Source: Histomonas meleagridis 2922-C6/04-290x (lineage: Eukaryota > Protista > Parabasalia). From it: a DNA stretch of 46,418 bases. Each line of letters starts with the position of its first letter. Position 1 is the first letter of the stretch. The notes below the pieces were generated by a model. The model was given only the letters and a program-made list of their open reading frames with translations. It did not search any database and was not told the origin of the DNA. The position numbers and the translations under genes are program-made. Positions 10,720 through 21,700 of the stretch are shown piece by piece. The stretch is taken from the NCBI GenBank assembly GCA_020184695.1, contig JAANOX010000206.1:1-46418 (forward strand). The letters are read 5' to 3'.

Positions 10720-12051
10720 ATGGAGCTTAAACCGACCATTATCAAACAATTTACAAAAGAAAAGCTTGAAATTTCTGGTGCTGAATTGATTCGCTCCCCT
10801 GTTTTCCCAGACTCTCGTGGATTTCTTTATGAAGCATTTCACATTCTAAAACTAAATTCTTCATGCTCAGTATCTTCAATAAAATGCTATTACCCCAAAA
10901 AAGAAGGACAACCAAGAACTTTTAAAAGCCACAACGATGAATTTTTGTATTTGGTACAAGGAAAACTAAATGTTCAACTTATTGATTCGAATGATCCCAA
11001 CTTAAAACAAACTTTAGAACTTAATGTAGGTGAAGTCCTTATGTTACACCCTGGAGTAAGCCTTGTTGTTTCCACAAATGAAGAAAAGACCATTTATGAA
11101 ATAATGAAAACTACCCGTGACACCACAAAGGAAAGTCTCTTAGTTGCCGATCCACGCCAATCTCTTCCAACACCACGTCCAATGTTTGCAATAATGGGTG
11201 CTAATGGACTCATTGGTTCATCTTTCGTACGCGAAATCGAGGCTCGTGGTTACACATGGTGCCGTCTTCGAAGCCGACTTCATCAACACGAAGCAATCCA
11301 AAACGAACTCCTTCACATTCACCCATCGGTTTCGGTTATTATATCGGCGGGGGTTGGGACCCGCCCCAACACGAGGTGGTGCAATGACCATCGCATCGAG
11401 ACAATCGATGCCAATGTTACAGGCCAACTCGCCATTGCCCAGATATGTGGTAAACTTGGCTTACACCTCACCATCATTGGGACATGTGGATTTTATCATT
11501 ATGATGAAACACATACACTCGAAAACGGAGTCGGATTTACTGAATCTGATAAGCCTAACAACTTATGTAATTTCTATTACCAAATGAGAAATTGTCTCGA
11601 AGAAATTCTTAACGAAACAGGAGCAATCAAACATGTTCTTAACTTAAGGGCACTTTTTCCATTCAACGACAACATCACTTCCGCTTCTCTTATCGGAAAG
11701 CTCCTTGGATTTAGTAAGATCAATTCAATCAAATCATCAATGACCGTCTTGAACGATCTCGTTCCTCTTGCGCTTGATATGATCCGAGACCATGAAGTCG
11801 GACACGTAAATTGGGTTTGTGAGGGAACTGCAAGTAATGGAGATGTCATTCGTGCATATAAAGATATTGTGGATCCTTCAATCAACATCAATGAGGTTTG
11901 TATTTCCCAAGAAGAGTCAAAGAAAATGGGAAATAGCGCTTCTTACGTCGTTCCTGGAAGGCTTATATCGAAATTTGGCGCAGACAAAGTTCCAAAATTA
12001 AGTGATTCTATTGCCAAAATAATGGAACTGATCAAGCAGCAAAAGAAATAA
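10720..12051 (+). CDS. RmlC-like cupin fused to a UER1/NRS-ER-type 3,5-epimerase/4-reductase (NDP-L-rhamnose synthesis)
   Basis: N-terminal FPDSRGFLYEAF (RmlC-like); GANGLIG Rossmann motif; GVGTRPNTRWCNDHRIETIDANVTG and GVGFTESDKPN match plant UER1/RHM C-terminal motifs. Confidence 0.8.
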   Translation: MELKPTIIKQFTKEKLEISGAELIRSPVFPDSRGFLYEAFHILKLNSSCSVSSIKCYYPKKEGQPRTFKSHNDEFLYLVQGKLNVQLIDSNDPNLKQTLELNVGEVLMLHPGVSLVVSTNEEKTIYEIMKTTRDTTKESLLVADPRQSLPTPRPMFAIMGANGLIGSSFVREIEARGYTWCRLRSRLHQHEAIQNELLHIHPSVSVIISAGVGTRPNTRWCNDHRIETIDANVTGQLAIAQICGKLGLHLTIIGTCGFYHYDETHTLENGVGFTESDKPNNLCNFYYQMRNCLEEILNETGAIKHVLNLRALFPFNDNITSASLIGKLLGFSKINSIKSSMTVLNDLVPLALDMIRDHEVGHVNWVCEGTASNGDVIRAYKDIVDPSININEVCISQEESKKMGNSASYVVPGRLISKFGADKVPKLSDSIAKIMELIKQQKK

Positions 12052-12200
12052 ATTCTTGAATGCAATTTATTTCAGCAATAAAAACTTCTTTTTTGAAATC
12101 AAAAATAATTTTATGGCAAACAAACTTAGTCAATTCTAGTGATGTTTCTTTTTTGTTGTTGTTGGAAAAAGAGATCGATTTGGTTTTAACTGTTTGATTT

Positions 12201-12986
12201 TTACTCACTGTTAATTTCAATGGTTGGCGTGCTTATGTCAATTGTTGGGATAACAGTATGAATAAATTTAAGGAAGGTGAAGAAATATAATGGAGCACAG
12301 AAGGTTTCAGGATGTTCTGATCTCTCAATTAATCCAATCATCACACTGGCATGGCGACATGGATGAATAGATAAACATTTCATATCATAAAATGGGTGCT
12401 TTTCGTATGTAACAGTCTTCTCTGCATGGTCAGCACTAATGTCTTGATACATATCTTCGAGTTTTAATTGTTGGCCTTTCGAATCAACTCCAAACAAGAA
12501 CACATGAGGAACACTGTAATACTTATCGTAAACGATTGAGACATCGTAGGTTCTAAAGTCAACAGTAGGTTCAGCTGCTGGTTCATCTGGCTCGATTGAA
12601 TCAACATCGAGTTCATCAAGATCAATAACTTCATCATCGTCAAGATCAACGACTTCTTCCTTAGCTGCTTCACCAGATTGAACCCAACCATCTAAGTCTG
12701 GGAGTTCTGTTTCAACAGCCATTACTTTGCTGAAATCAGCAGCACGAGATTGACAAATAACTCTTCTATTTATCAAAAATTGCTTTCCCTTTGGAAGGTA
12801 ATCAACACACTTTGAAGGTTCTGCTGATGACCAGCTCCAATTAGGACAAACAGAAATAAGTGAATCGCCTGCAACAACAAATTCTTCTGGGGTTAATTTG
12901 CCATCCTTGAGGAGTGTTGATGTGTGCTGAACTTTCATGTATGGAGTCACAATATCCATGAATTTTTCATATATTGAATGCTTCAT
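12201..12986 (-). CDS. ATG3: Autophagy E2-like conjugating enzyme Atg3
   Basis: GKLTPEEFVVAGDSLISVCPNWSW, YLPKGKQFL, RTYDVSIVYDKYYSVPHVFLFG, catalytic SIHPCRH; ATG at 12986 follows a TCACT initiator. Confidence 0.93.
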   Translation of the reverse strand: MKHSIYEKFMDIVTPYMKVQHTSTLLKDGKLTPEEFVVAGDSLISVCPNWSWSSAEPSKCVDYLPKGKQFLINRRVICQSRAADFSKVMAVETELPDLDGWVQSGEAAKEEVVDLDDDEVIDLDELDVDSIEPDEPAAEPTVDFRTYDVSIVYDKYYSVPHVFLFGVDSKGQQLKLEDMYQDISADHAEKTVTYEKHPFYDMKCLSIHPCRHASVMIGLIERSEHPETFCAPLYFFTFLKFIHTVIPTIDISTPTIEINSE

Positions 12987-13168
12987 TTGAAAGATAAAGT
13001 GACAAAAAGTTAACCGTCCAAGTGCCAACCGAATTAACGTGCGATTCGATACGTATAAATCATTCAAATATCGAAAGATATTTATCGGTATTCACAATTA
13101 CGGGGTACTCCAATATTCTATCGTTATATATACAAAGTCAAAAAGTGACGATTGGTCGACCTTTTCAA
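12987..13168. promoter_or_regulatory. Compact divergent promoter region for ATG3 and RPL35 with trichomonad core motifs
   Basis: AAAGTGAC (13142-13149) and CCTTT (13160-13164) before the RPL35 ATG; TCACT on the minus strand before the ATG3 ATG. These match known T. vaginalis M2, M5 and Inr motifs. Confidence 0.65.
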
Positions 13169-13540
13169 ATGGGACATCTTAAGGCTCACGAACTCATCCA
13201 AAAATCACGTGCTGATCTTCTTGAAGAACTTGCAACATTAGAAAAGAAGCTTTTCGAACTTCGTGGACAAATAGCAACATCATCATCACGCCAAAAGCTA
13301 TCAGAAATTCTGAATGTACGTCGCGATGTTGCTCGCGTTAAGACAGTCTTAATGGAACAACAACGCAAAGCACTTAACGAAAAATATCAGGGCAAGAAAT
13401 TGATTCCAAAGGATATTCGCAAAAAACAAGTAAAAGCTCAACGAAAGATTCTTCCAGCTAAATATGCCAACAAACTTACTAAGAGAGCTGCCCGCCGTGC
13501 GAAATATCTTAAACCAGTTAAATTTGCTCTTAAAGCATGA
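13169..13540 (+). CDS. RPL35: 60S ribosomal protein L35 (uL29)
   Basis: LKAHEL...LEELATLEKKLFELR, KLSEILNVRRDVARVKTV, YQGKKLIPKDIRKK, KFALKA*. Confidence 0.93.
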   Translation: MGHLKAHELIQKSRADLLEELATLEKKLFELRGQIATSSSRQKLSEILNVRRDVARVKTVLMEQQRKALNEKYQGKKLIPKDIRKKQVKAQRKILPAKYANKLTKRAARRAKYLKPVKFALKA

Positions 13541-14734
13541 GTAAAAATTTTCATTAGAAAAAATCTCATTTTAAGATTTAACTGTACAAGTGTAACTTAT
13601 TATGCGGGATACCAATATTAGCTTTCATAAATTAATTATTATCATTTTATTTAAGATCATTGCTTTTTTTGTCCATTTTTAACAACGAATTACAATGGTC
13701 TTATGGTTGTTATTATGAATTTATTGAGGATGCAAAATGAAAACAATTTTAATTTCGCTATGAAATTTCTAGGAATCGTATTTCCAGAACATAACGGTCG
13801 TCATAAACGGTCGCATCAGTGGTAAAAGCCCGCCGAAAATTGGAAAAACCGCCAATAATATTATCCCCGCCAAAATTGATATCACAAAACAATTATTTGA
13901 ATCTCCTATATCATATACAGATAATCTTAAATTACAATGGATTCGTAATCACGCTATTACTCTTTAAGATTTAGAGAGAGGATTTTTTGCTGCATTTATA
14001 TCAATATTCGAAATATATATTTGATTTCATTCACACAAACAAAGTTCACATGTTACGACAATAAAATTCTTTCAATCTTAGATATACACGATAATTCATA
14101 AAATTGAATTTTTTATTATTCGATTTTTTTATTCAATTTTGATCAATGCAAAACGACAATTATTGCATTCAATTTTTTAATTTAATTTTATATGATACAA
14201 AACGGCACTTATTTTATTCAATTTTATTAATTTAATTTCACTTGGCGTAAAGAGTCACTTATCGAAAAAAAATAAAGAATTTGAAAGCATAAACTATACA
14301 ATAATTCAATGGAAACGACCGTTATGCCCTGGAAATACGATTCCTCGTAAATTTCGGGAAAACTAGTTTTCCATTTACATGTAAAAAAGTGCCGATTTAA
14401 CGTCTTTTTTACCAAAATAGATATTTTTCAGTATCACTACTTAACAATTTAGAATTCATATGTTGGAATTAATATATCATGTCATTAAATTTCCAATATT
14501 ATTTGCAGTTTTTAGATGAAAATTGAATTTTATAAATTTAATGCATTTTAAACAATCATTTTCTTTTAGCAAACCAAGAATCATTGTTTTGCTATATAGG
14601 ATGGTGCAAGATTGCAAGTCAGTTTTGTGAAAGGCTTTTGTAAACCTATCTAATTTTCAATTAGTATTTGGTCGGAATCATCAGCAAAAAGGAATAAATT
14701 TAAAATTGAACCAAAACATATATTTTAACAAAGA

Positions 14735-15295
14735 ATGGAAACAAGTGATAATGAAACAACAGTTTATGTAATCATTAATGGAGCTTTTTTGACAGGAAAA
14801 TCTGGGCTTGCTAGTTATCTTATTGGAAAACCTCAAAAACCTAAACATGGAACAATTAGCTCTGATTGGATCCCTGTTGATTATAATTTTCACGGTCAAC
14901 AAATAAGGGTTTTTATTTTGGACACGAATGGCTTTGAAATAAAGAATACACTTAGGTCTTTGATGCAGAACCAATGTAAGGCTATCATTCTTACTTATGA
15001 TGTATGTAATATAACTTCTTTCAAGGAATTGGATACTCGATTTCAAATATATTCTCATGATATTTCAAAAAGGTGGGTCAAAATTTTAGTTGCAAATTCT
15101 ATTCGTTCATATGGCTTTCCCTTGGTTTCAAGAGAAGAAGGAGAAGAAAAAGCAAAATTGTATGGAATGCATTATTTTGAAACAAATTTGCTTACAGGAG
15201 AAGGGACTAAAGAACTTTTAGATCAAATCGTTCTTTTAGCATTTGCAAACAAGGAAAAAGCTTTGAAGAAACACGAAATTTGTGTTATTCAATGA
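14735..15295 (+). CDS. Divergent Ras/Rab-superfamily small GTPase with CAAX end, copy 1
   Basis: P-loop GAFLTGKS, G3 DTNG, G4 region VANSIR (no NKxD), YFETN, C-terminal CVIQ. Confidence 0.8.
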   Translation: METSDNETTVYVIINGAFLTGKSGLASYLIGKPQKPKHGTISSDWIPVDYNFHGQQIRVFILDTNGFEIKNTLRSLMQNQCKAIILTYDVCNITSFKELDTRFQIYSHDISKRWVKILVANSIRSYGFPLVSREEGEEKAKLYGMHYFETNLLTGEGTKELLDQIVLLAFANKEKALKKHEICVIQ

Positions 15296-15627
15296 AATTT
15301 TTTTAACTTAATCTCTAAACTATTGCGTTCACTTATACACAATTTCAATTTTTTGTTTCAAAAACTGCTCTGTTTTGCATCTTTTTACCATCAATATTTA
15401 TTTGATAGTTAATTTTTTCATTTTCAATTTGAAAACTTAACTTAGCAACACCATGAAGCTGCCTTTCATTCATATTTTGTGTATTTTGTTACTTTCTGGA
15501 AAATGCTCTGTTTTTATTGATGAGCGCCTATGATTGTAAAATTTCCTTTCGTGAAGGAGTTCTTAATTTTATGTAGTTTATTGGACCGGAATTCATTTTG
15601 TATAATTATATGATTTCACCAAAGCGC

Positions 15628-16370
15628 ATGCCAAATGAATTTACTACCATAAACACAGGAGATAAAAATTTGAATAAACAGTCAACATGCTTGGAATTCC
15701 TAAATGAACTTGAGAAAGCATATTCAGTTTGACAGAGGAAAACTACCAGGTTTCTGCTATAAAAGTATCTAAATTTTTTGATTCATGTTTTCCCGATACA
15801 TTTAATACCATTATAAGTAAGATAGTTTATAATTCATTTTCGTCACGAAAGCACGTATTTGAAAATTACTTATATTTTTTAAAAGAACTTCAAATGAAAG
15901 AAAAAGAAATTGCGAAAATAATGCAATTGATGAATCGAGAAACTTTAAGAGATATCATCAAAAGCAAACTTTGATTTCAATGAACTATCACTTTACGAAA
16001 GATGCTCTTTTGTTAATAAAGAAAATGTTTCATTAATTGATTATCCAGCTTTTTTTCAATAGTTAAATGTTTTAAATTTACTTATAATTGAAGCAAATAT
16101 ATTTAATGCAGGTAAATATGCAGTTGCAGGTGGTAACTTAGAGATTATTCATTTGTGTGAACAAAATCATTCATTCTTTAAAGATACATATGAAGCTGCA
16201 ATAGAATTAAACAGAAATGATATCTTTAAATAATATTTACGAGAATAAATTCAAAAAGTCAAAATTTCGAACATCTAAAGATAAAACCAATGATTTTTTA
16301 AATTTTTGTATTAAAAAAAATAATAATGAAATTTTAGAATTTTTGGAAGAAAAAGGATTATACTGTATAT
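15628..16370 (+). pseudogene. DUF3447 family pseudogene lacking ankyrin repeats
   Basis: LTEENYQ..., LYERCSFVNKENVSLIDY, AGKYAVAGGNLEIIHLCEQNHS; several stops and frameshifts. Confidence 0.8.
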
Positions 16371-16529
16371 ATAATCGTAAGGACAAAGTTGCACGAAAGA
16401 AAGCCAAGCTCCGAGAGTTAGAGCGCGAAGCCAAAACATATGACGTCATTGCAGAAATGCAAGCTATTGTAGATGAAATGGTTGAAAATCGTGAGATTCG
16501 ATTGGAGAAACAATTCCTAAGATTGATTG

Positions 16530-16806
16530 ATCAGATGATGATCCTAATGACTCATGGTTAGTCTTACGTGGCTCATCAACTGCTAATGCATACATATCAT
16601 ATGCGCCTGTTACGAATGCCGAATATGCAGCATTTAAATCGGACTTTAGCTATGAACAAGGATTAGATAACTATCCAGTAGTCCATTCCTGATGCATTAG
16701 CTTATTGTGATTGGCTTGCATCACAAGATAATTCTCACTCATATCGCCTTCCAACTGATGAGGAATGGATCCTCGCTGCTGGCCATATGCAAAAAGATGT
16801 CACCAT
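16530..16806 (+). pseudogene. Formylglycine-generating-enzyme (FGE-sulfatase/SUMF1-like) domain fragment
   Basis: Manual translation: YISYAPVTNAEYAAF...NYPVV [frameshift] DALAYCDWLASQDNSHSYRLPTDEEWILAAG, matching the PVTNxEY / PVV / DAxAYCxWL / RLPTExEWExAA signature. Confidence 0.75.
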
Positions 16807-16808
16807 TG

Positions 16809-18052
16809 AAGAAGGAATTAATTCCTGATGAATTAGCGAAAATAATACGATATGATGAGATTGAAAAACTTCAAGAAAAATCAACGCAAAACGAATTTAA
16901 TTTTAATCAAAATATTGAACCATCAGCTTATGAAAGGTATTCATTTATTAATCAAAAGAATGTTACATTAATTGATTTTGCTGCATTCTTCGGATCAGTT
17001 AAATGCTTTAAATTTTAATTACTTAATGGCGCAAATGTCCAAAATACAGGAAAATATGCAGTTGCTGGTGGAAACTTAGAGATAATGCATTTATGTGAAC
17101 AAAATCATTCAACGTTTGAAAAAGGATATGAAATAGCAATTAAATTGCATCAAAAAGATATCTTTAAATATCTTTATGAGAATAAAATCATTGAAATTAA
17201 AAATTTGGAAGAATTAGGAAAGAAATGTATTACATCTTTTAATTATAAAATATTTTTGTTCCTTCAAGAAAATGGTATGAATATTAATGATGATATTGTT
17301 AACGAATCAGCAAGAATTGGAAATTTATATCTTGTTAAACATTTTATTCAAAACAATCAAATACCAAATAATATATTATTAGTATACTCTTTAGAATCAG
17401 GCAATATGAAAGTAATTAAATTACTTCTTGATCAAGGTGTTGATGTTAACGCTCGAAATATTTATTTGTGTTATTTGAAGTTTATTTCAATAACTTTCAA
17501 TTTCCAAATAATATTCGGAAATTATTTAATTTATTTGAAACACCACTTATTGTTGCATCTAAAAATGGTTTTATAGAAGTGGTTAAAATGCTTCTTAAGA
17601 AAGAAGGTGTTGATGTTAATGCTCAAGATATTTTTTTGTTTTGTTTGATTTTCATTATAATAATTTTCGGTTTTATATTAATTATTGAAATTTGTTTAAA
17701 AAATTGAATAATTCACTTATTTTCGCTGCTGAATTTGGTCGTACAGGTATATTTAAATTACTTCTTGAACAAAAAGGTATTGATATAAATCATCATAATA
17801 TTTTTTAGTTTTGTTTTGGATTCATTTTAATGATTTAGAGTTTCAAAGTTATGTTTTTAATATATTTAAATAATTTTGGTCACCACTTATGATTGCTATT
17901 GAAAATGGTTGTACTGAAATGGTGAAATTACTTCTTGAACAAGATGGAATTGACACCACTACTACGAATATTCGTTGATATAATTTATGGTTTATTTATT
18001 TAATTTTATGTTTAAAAATAATTTTTGGAATTGGTTTAAAATATTTATTTGA
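16809..18052 (+). pseudogene. 5'-truncated DUF3447-ankyrin locus D with a diverged 170-nt array (3 ankyrin blocks, 4 spacers)
   Basis: DUF3447 with an in-frame TAA at 17016-17018. Spacers 17460-17536, 17630-17706, 17800-17876 and 17970-18046, each 77 nt. Blocks ETPLIVASKNG..., NNSLIFAAEFG..., WSPLMIAIENG.... Confidence 0.8.
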
Positions 18053-18796
18053 AAACTGAAAAAAATATGCATTTTGAAAATTATAATAAAGAAAAAGCTA
18101 AAATATCAAGAACTTTATAATGGAAACAAAAGAAAGAAGTGATTTAGAATACAATAAAAATTTATTTTTGTAAAGTTTTTGGAGTAAAAACGTAATTATT
18201 TAAGAACGTTTTCCAGAATGAAGAAAGAATCAAAATGATAGTAAAAGTTTTGGTAGTTCGTGAAATGAATATATTAAAGCATAAAAGAACACTAATGATT
18301 AATTGTACTCACAGCTTTGCTTGCATTTTGGTATAAAACCGTAAATCTTGTGTGACCGTTAATGGAATGAAGAAGTCCAATTCACCTTTTTTATATCTCA
18401 ATATTGTCCATCAGATTTTCCTTGATAATTGTGGGGTAATTAATACATGGTATAATTCATGCACATGTAGCTAACAAAAAGTATGGGTTGTGTCGGTATA
18501 TGAACCAATCGATTATTAGTAATAACAATTGGTGGTGTCACCACTCATTGTTTTTACAACATTGAAATACGTTCCTTTGTATTTTGCTTTAAATACTTAT
18601 AAGTTCATTTGGTAATTCATATGAAAGATTATTAATTCATAAAGTATAGATAATATTAAAATTATAACAAAAATTATTTTTTAGTTAATGTTAATTTTTA
18701 TGAATGCTTAACAGCAAATAAACAGTTTCAATATTTTATAAACCCTATTATCTCTTAATCCAAGAAAGGGTTGGTTTGATATTCAAATACAACATA

Positions 18797-21700
18797 TTAG
18801 ACAATTTTGGCATTAATATCAATATCTTTTTGTTCAAGTAATTTAACAATTTCTGTATGACCATTTTCAGATGCAAATATAAGTGCTGTTTTGGATAATT
18901 TAAATAATTTCCAAATATTATTTTGAAATATAAAATTATTAAAATAAATTTTAAATAAAACAAATAAATGTCTTTAGCATTAATATCAATTCCTTCTTGT
19001 TCAAGAAGTAATTGAACTATTTCTGTTCTACCTTTTTCAGATGCAAATATAAGTGCTGTTTCAAATAATTTAAATAATTTCCAAATATTATTTTAAAATA
19101 TCAAATTATTAAAATAAATTTTAAATAAAACAAATAAATGTCTTTAGCATTAATATCAATTCCTTCTTGTTCAAGAAGTAATTTAACTATTTCTGTTCTA
19201 CCATTTTCAGATGCTTTAATAAGTGCTGTTTCAAATAATTTAAATAATTTCCAAATATTATTTTGACATACAAAATTATAAAAATAAATTTTAAGTAAAA
19301 CAAATAAATATCTTTAGCATTAATGTAAATTCCTTCTTGTTCAAGAAGTAATTTAACTATTTCTGTATGACCATTTTCAGATGCACACATAAGTGCTGTT
19401 TCAGATAATTTAAATAATTTCCAAATATTATTTTGAAATAAAAAATTATAAAAATAAATTTTAAGTAAAACAAATAAATATTTTTAGCATTAATATCAAT
19501 TCCTTCTTGTTCAAGAAGTAATTGAACTATTTCTGTTCTACCTTTTTCAGATGCAAATATAAGTGCTGTTTCAAATAATTTAAATAATTTCCAAATATTA
19601 TTTTAAAATATCAAATTATTAAAATAAATTTTAAATAAAACAAATAAATGTCTTTAGCATTAATATCAATTCCTTCTTGTTCAAGAAGTAATTTAACTAT
19701 TTCTGTTCTACCATTTTCAGATGCTTTAATAAGTGCTGTTTCAAATAATTTAAATAATTTCCAAATATTATTTTGACATACAAAATTATAAAAATAAATT
19801 TTAAGTAAAACAAATAAATACTTTTAGCATTAATATCAATTCCTTCTTGTTCAAGAAGTAATTTAACTATTTCTGTATGACCATTTGAAGATGCTTTAAT
19901 AAGTGCTGTATAAAATAATTTAAATAATTTCCAAATATTATTTTGAATTACCAAATTATTAAAATAAATATCAAATAAAACAAATAAATACCTTTAGTGT
20001 TAATATCAATTCCTTCTTGCTCAAGAAGTAATTTAACGATTTCTGCATGACCTCTTTCAGATGCATACATAAGTGCTGTTTCAAATAATTTAAATAATTT
20101 CCAAATATTATTTTGACATACAAAATTATAAAAATAAATTTTAAGTAAAACAAATAAATATCTTTAGCATTAATATCAATTCCTTCTTGTTCAAGAAGCA
20201 ATTTAACTATTTTTGTTTTACCAATTAACGATGCTCTAATAAGTGCTGTATGAAATAATTTAAGTAATTTCCAAATATTATTTTAAAATAATAAATTATT
20301 AAAATAAATATTAAACAAAACAAATCAATATCTTTAGCATTAATATCAATATTTTTTTGTTCAAGAAGTAATTTAACTATTTCTGTCTGACCATTTAAAA
20401 ATGCCCACATAAGTGCTGTCCAAAATACTTAAAATAATTACCAAATATTATTTTGAAATATAAGGTTGTTAAAATAAATATTAAATAAAAGAAATAAATA
20501 TTTTTAGCATTAATATCAATTCCTTCTTGTTCTAGAAGTAATTTAACTATTTCTGTATGACCATTTTCAGATGTCCATATAAGTGCTGTTTTGAATATTT
20601 GAAATAATTTTCAAATATTATTTCAAAATAATAAATTATTGATACCAATATTAAATAAAACAAATAAATATCTTTAGCATTAATGTCAATTCCTTCTTGT
20701 TCAAGAAGTAATTGAACTATTTCTGTTCTACCTTTTTCAGATGCATACATAAGTGCTGTTTCAAATAATTTAAATAATTTCCAAATACTATTTTGAAACA
20801 TAAAATTATTAAAATAAATTTCAAATAAAAGAAATAAATATTTTTAACATTAATATCAATTCCTTCTTGTTCAAGAAGTAATTTAACCATTTCTTTATAT
20901 CCCTTTTCAGATGCAATCATAAGTGCTGTTTTAAAAATTTGAAATAATTTCCAAAGATTTTATTAAAATAATAAATTATTAAAATAAATACCTAATAAAA
21001 GAAATAAATATCTTTAGCATTAATATCAATTCCTTCTTGCTTTAAAACGTATTCAACAAGTTCAATATTTCCTGATCCAGATGATAATATCAAAATATCA
21101 TGTGGAATTGAATGATCTTTAAGAAAATATTCAACTAAAAAAATATTTCCAATAATTGCTGCTTCATTAATAATATCATCATTGATTTTCATTCCTTCTT
21201 TAAGTAAAAATGAAAATATTTCATAATTATGATATAAAATACAATGTCTTCCTAATTCTTCTAAATTATTAATTTCTTTTAATTTATTTTCATAAATATA
21301 TTTAAAGATATCATTGCGATGAAATTCAATTGCTGTTTCATGTGCATCTTCAAATGTTGAATGATTTTGTTCACATAAATGAATTATTTCAAGATTTCCA
21401 CCTGCAACTGCATATTTACCTGTGTTATTTACATTTGCACCATTCATAAGTAAATATTTAAAACATTCAATTGAGCCAAAAAATGCTGCAAAATCAATTA
21501 ATGAAGCATAATTATTAACTAAAGAACATCTTTCATAAAGTGATGGTTTAATTGTTTGTTTAAAATTAAAGTTTGTTTGTGATGATATTTCTTGAAGTTT
21601 TTCGATTTCATCTTTTCGAATTATTTTTGTAATTTTATTTGGATTATTTCCTTCGCTAATTAATTTCTTATGAAGTTCCCAATCATTCTTTGAAAGTTCT

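Noticed and set aside
13795-13875. Three ccgcc(a/g)a(a/t)a motifs and a cataacggtcg duplication
   Set aside because: Could be a transposon end or regulatory cluster, but no partner terminus was identified.
19245-19267. Conserved RNA hairpin in the spacer (ATTTC-A-AAAT-AAT-ATTT-G-GAAAT)
   Set aside because: It can be drawn for the consensus but is weak, AU-only, lost in the diverged array D spacers, and no compensatory changes were evident. Needs covariation analysis before any claim.
19225-19302. Canonical GT-AG intron from TT|GTTTTA to ACAG|CA
   Set aside because: It would be 76 nt, leaving 94 nt per unit (out of frame) and deleting the conserved Thr; the GT is absent in TTC variants and the AG is absent in the ACT GCA variant at 5055.
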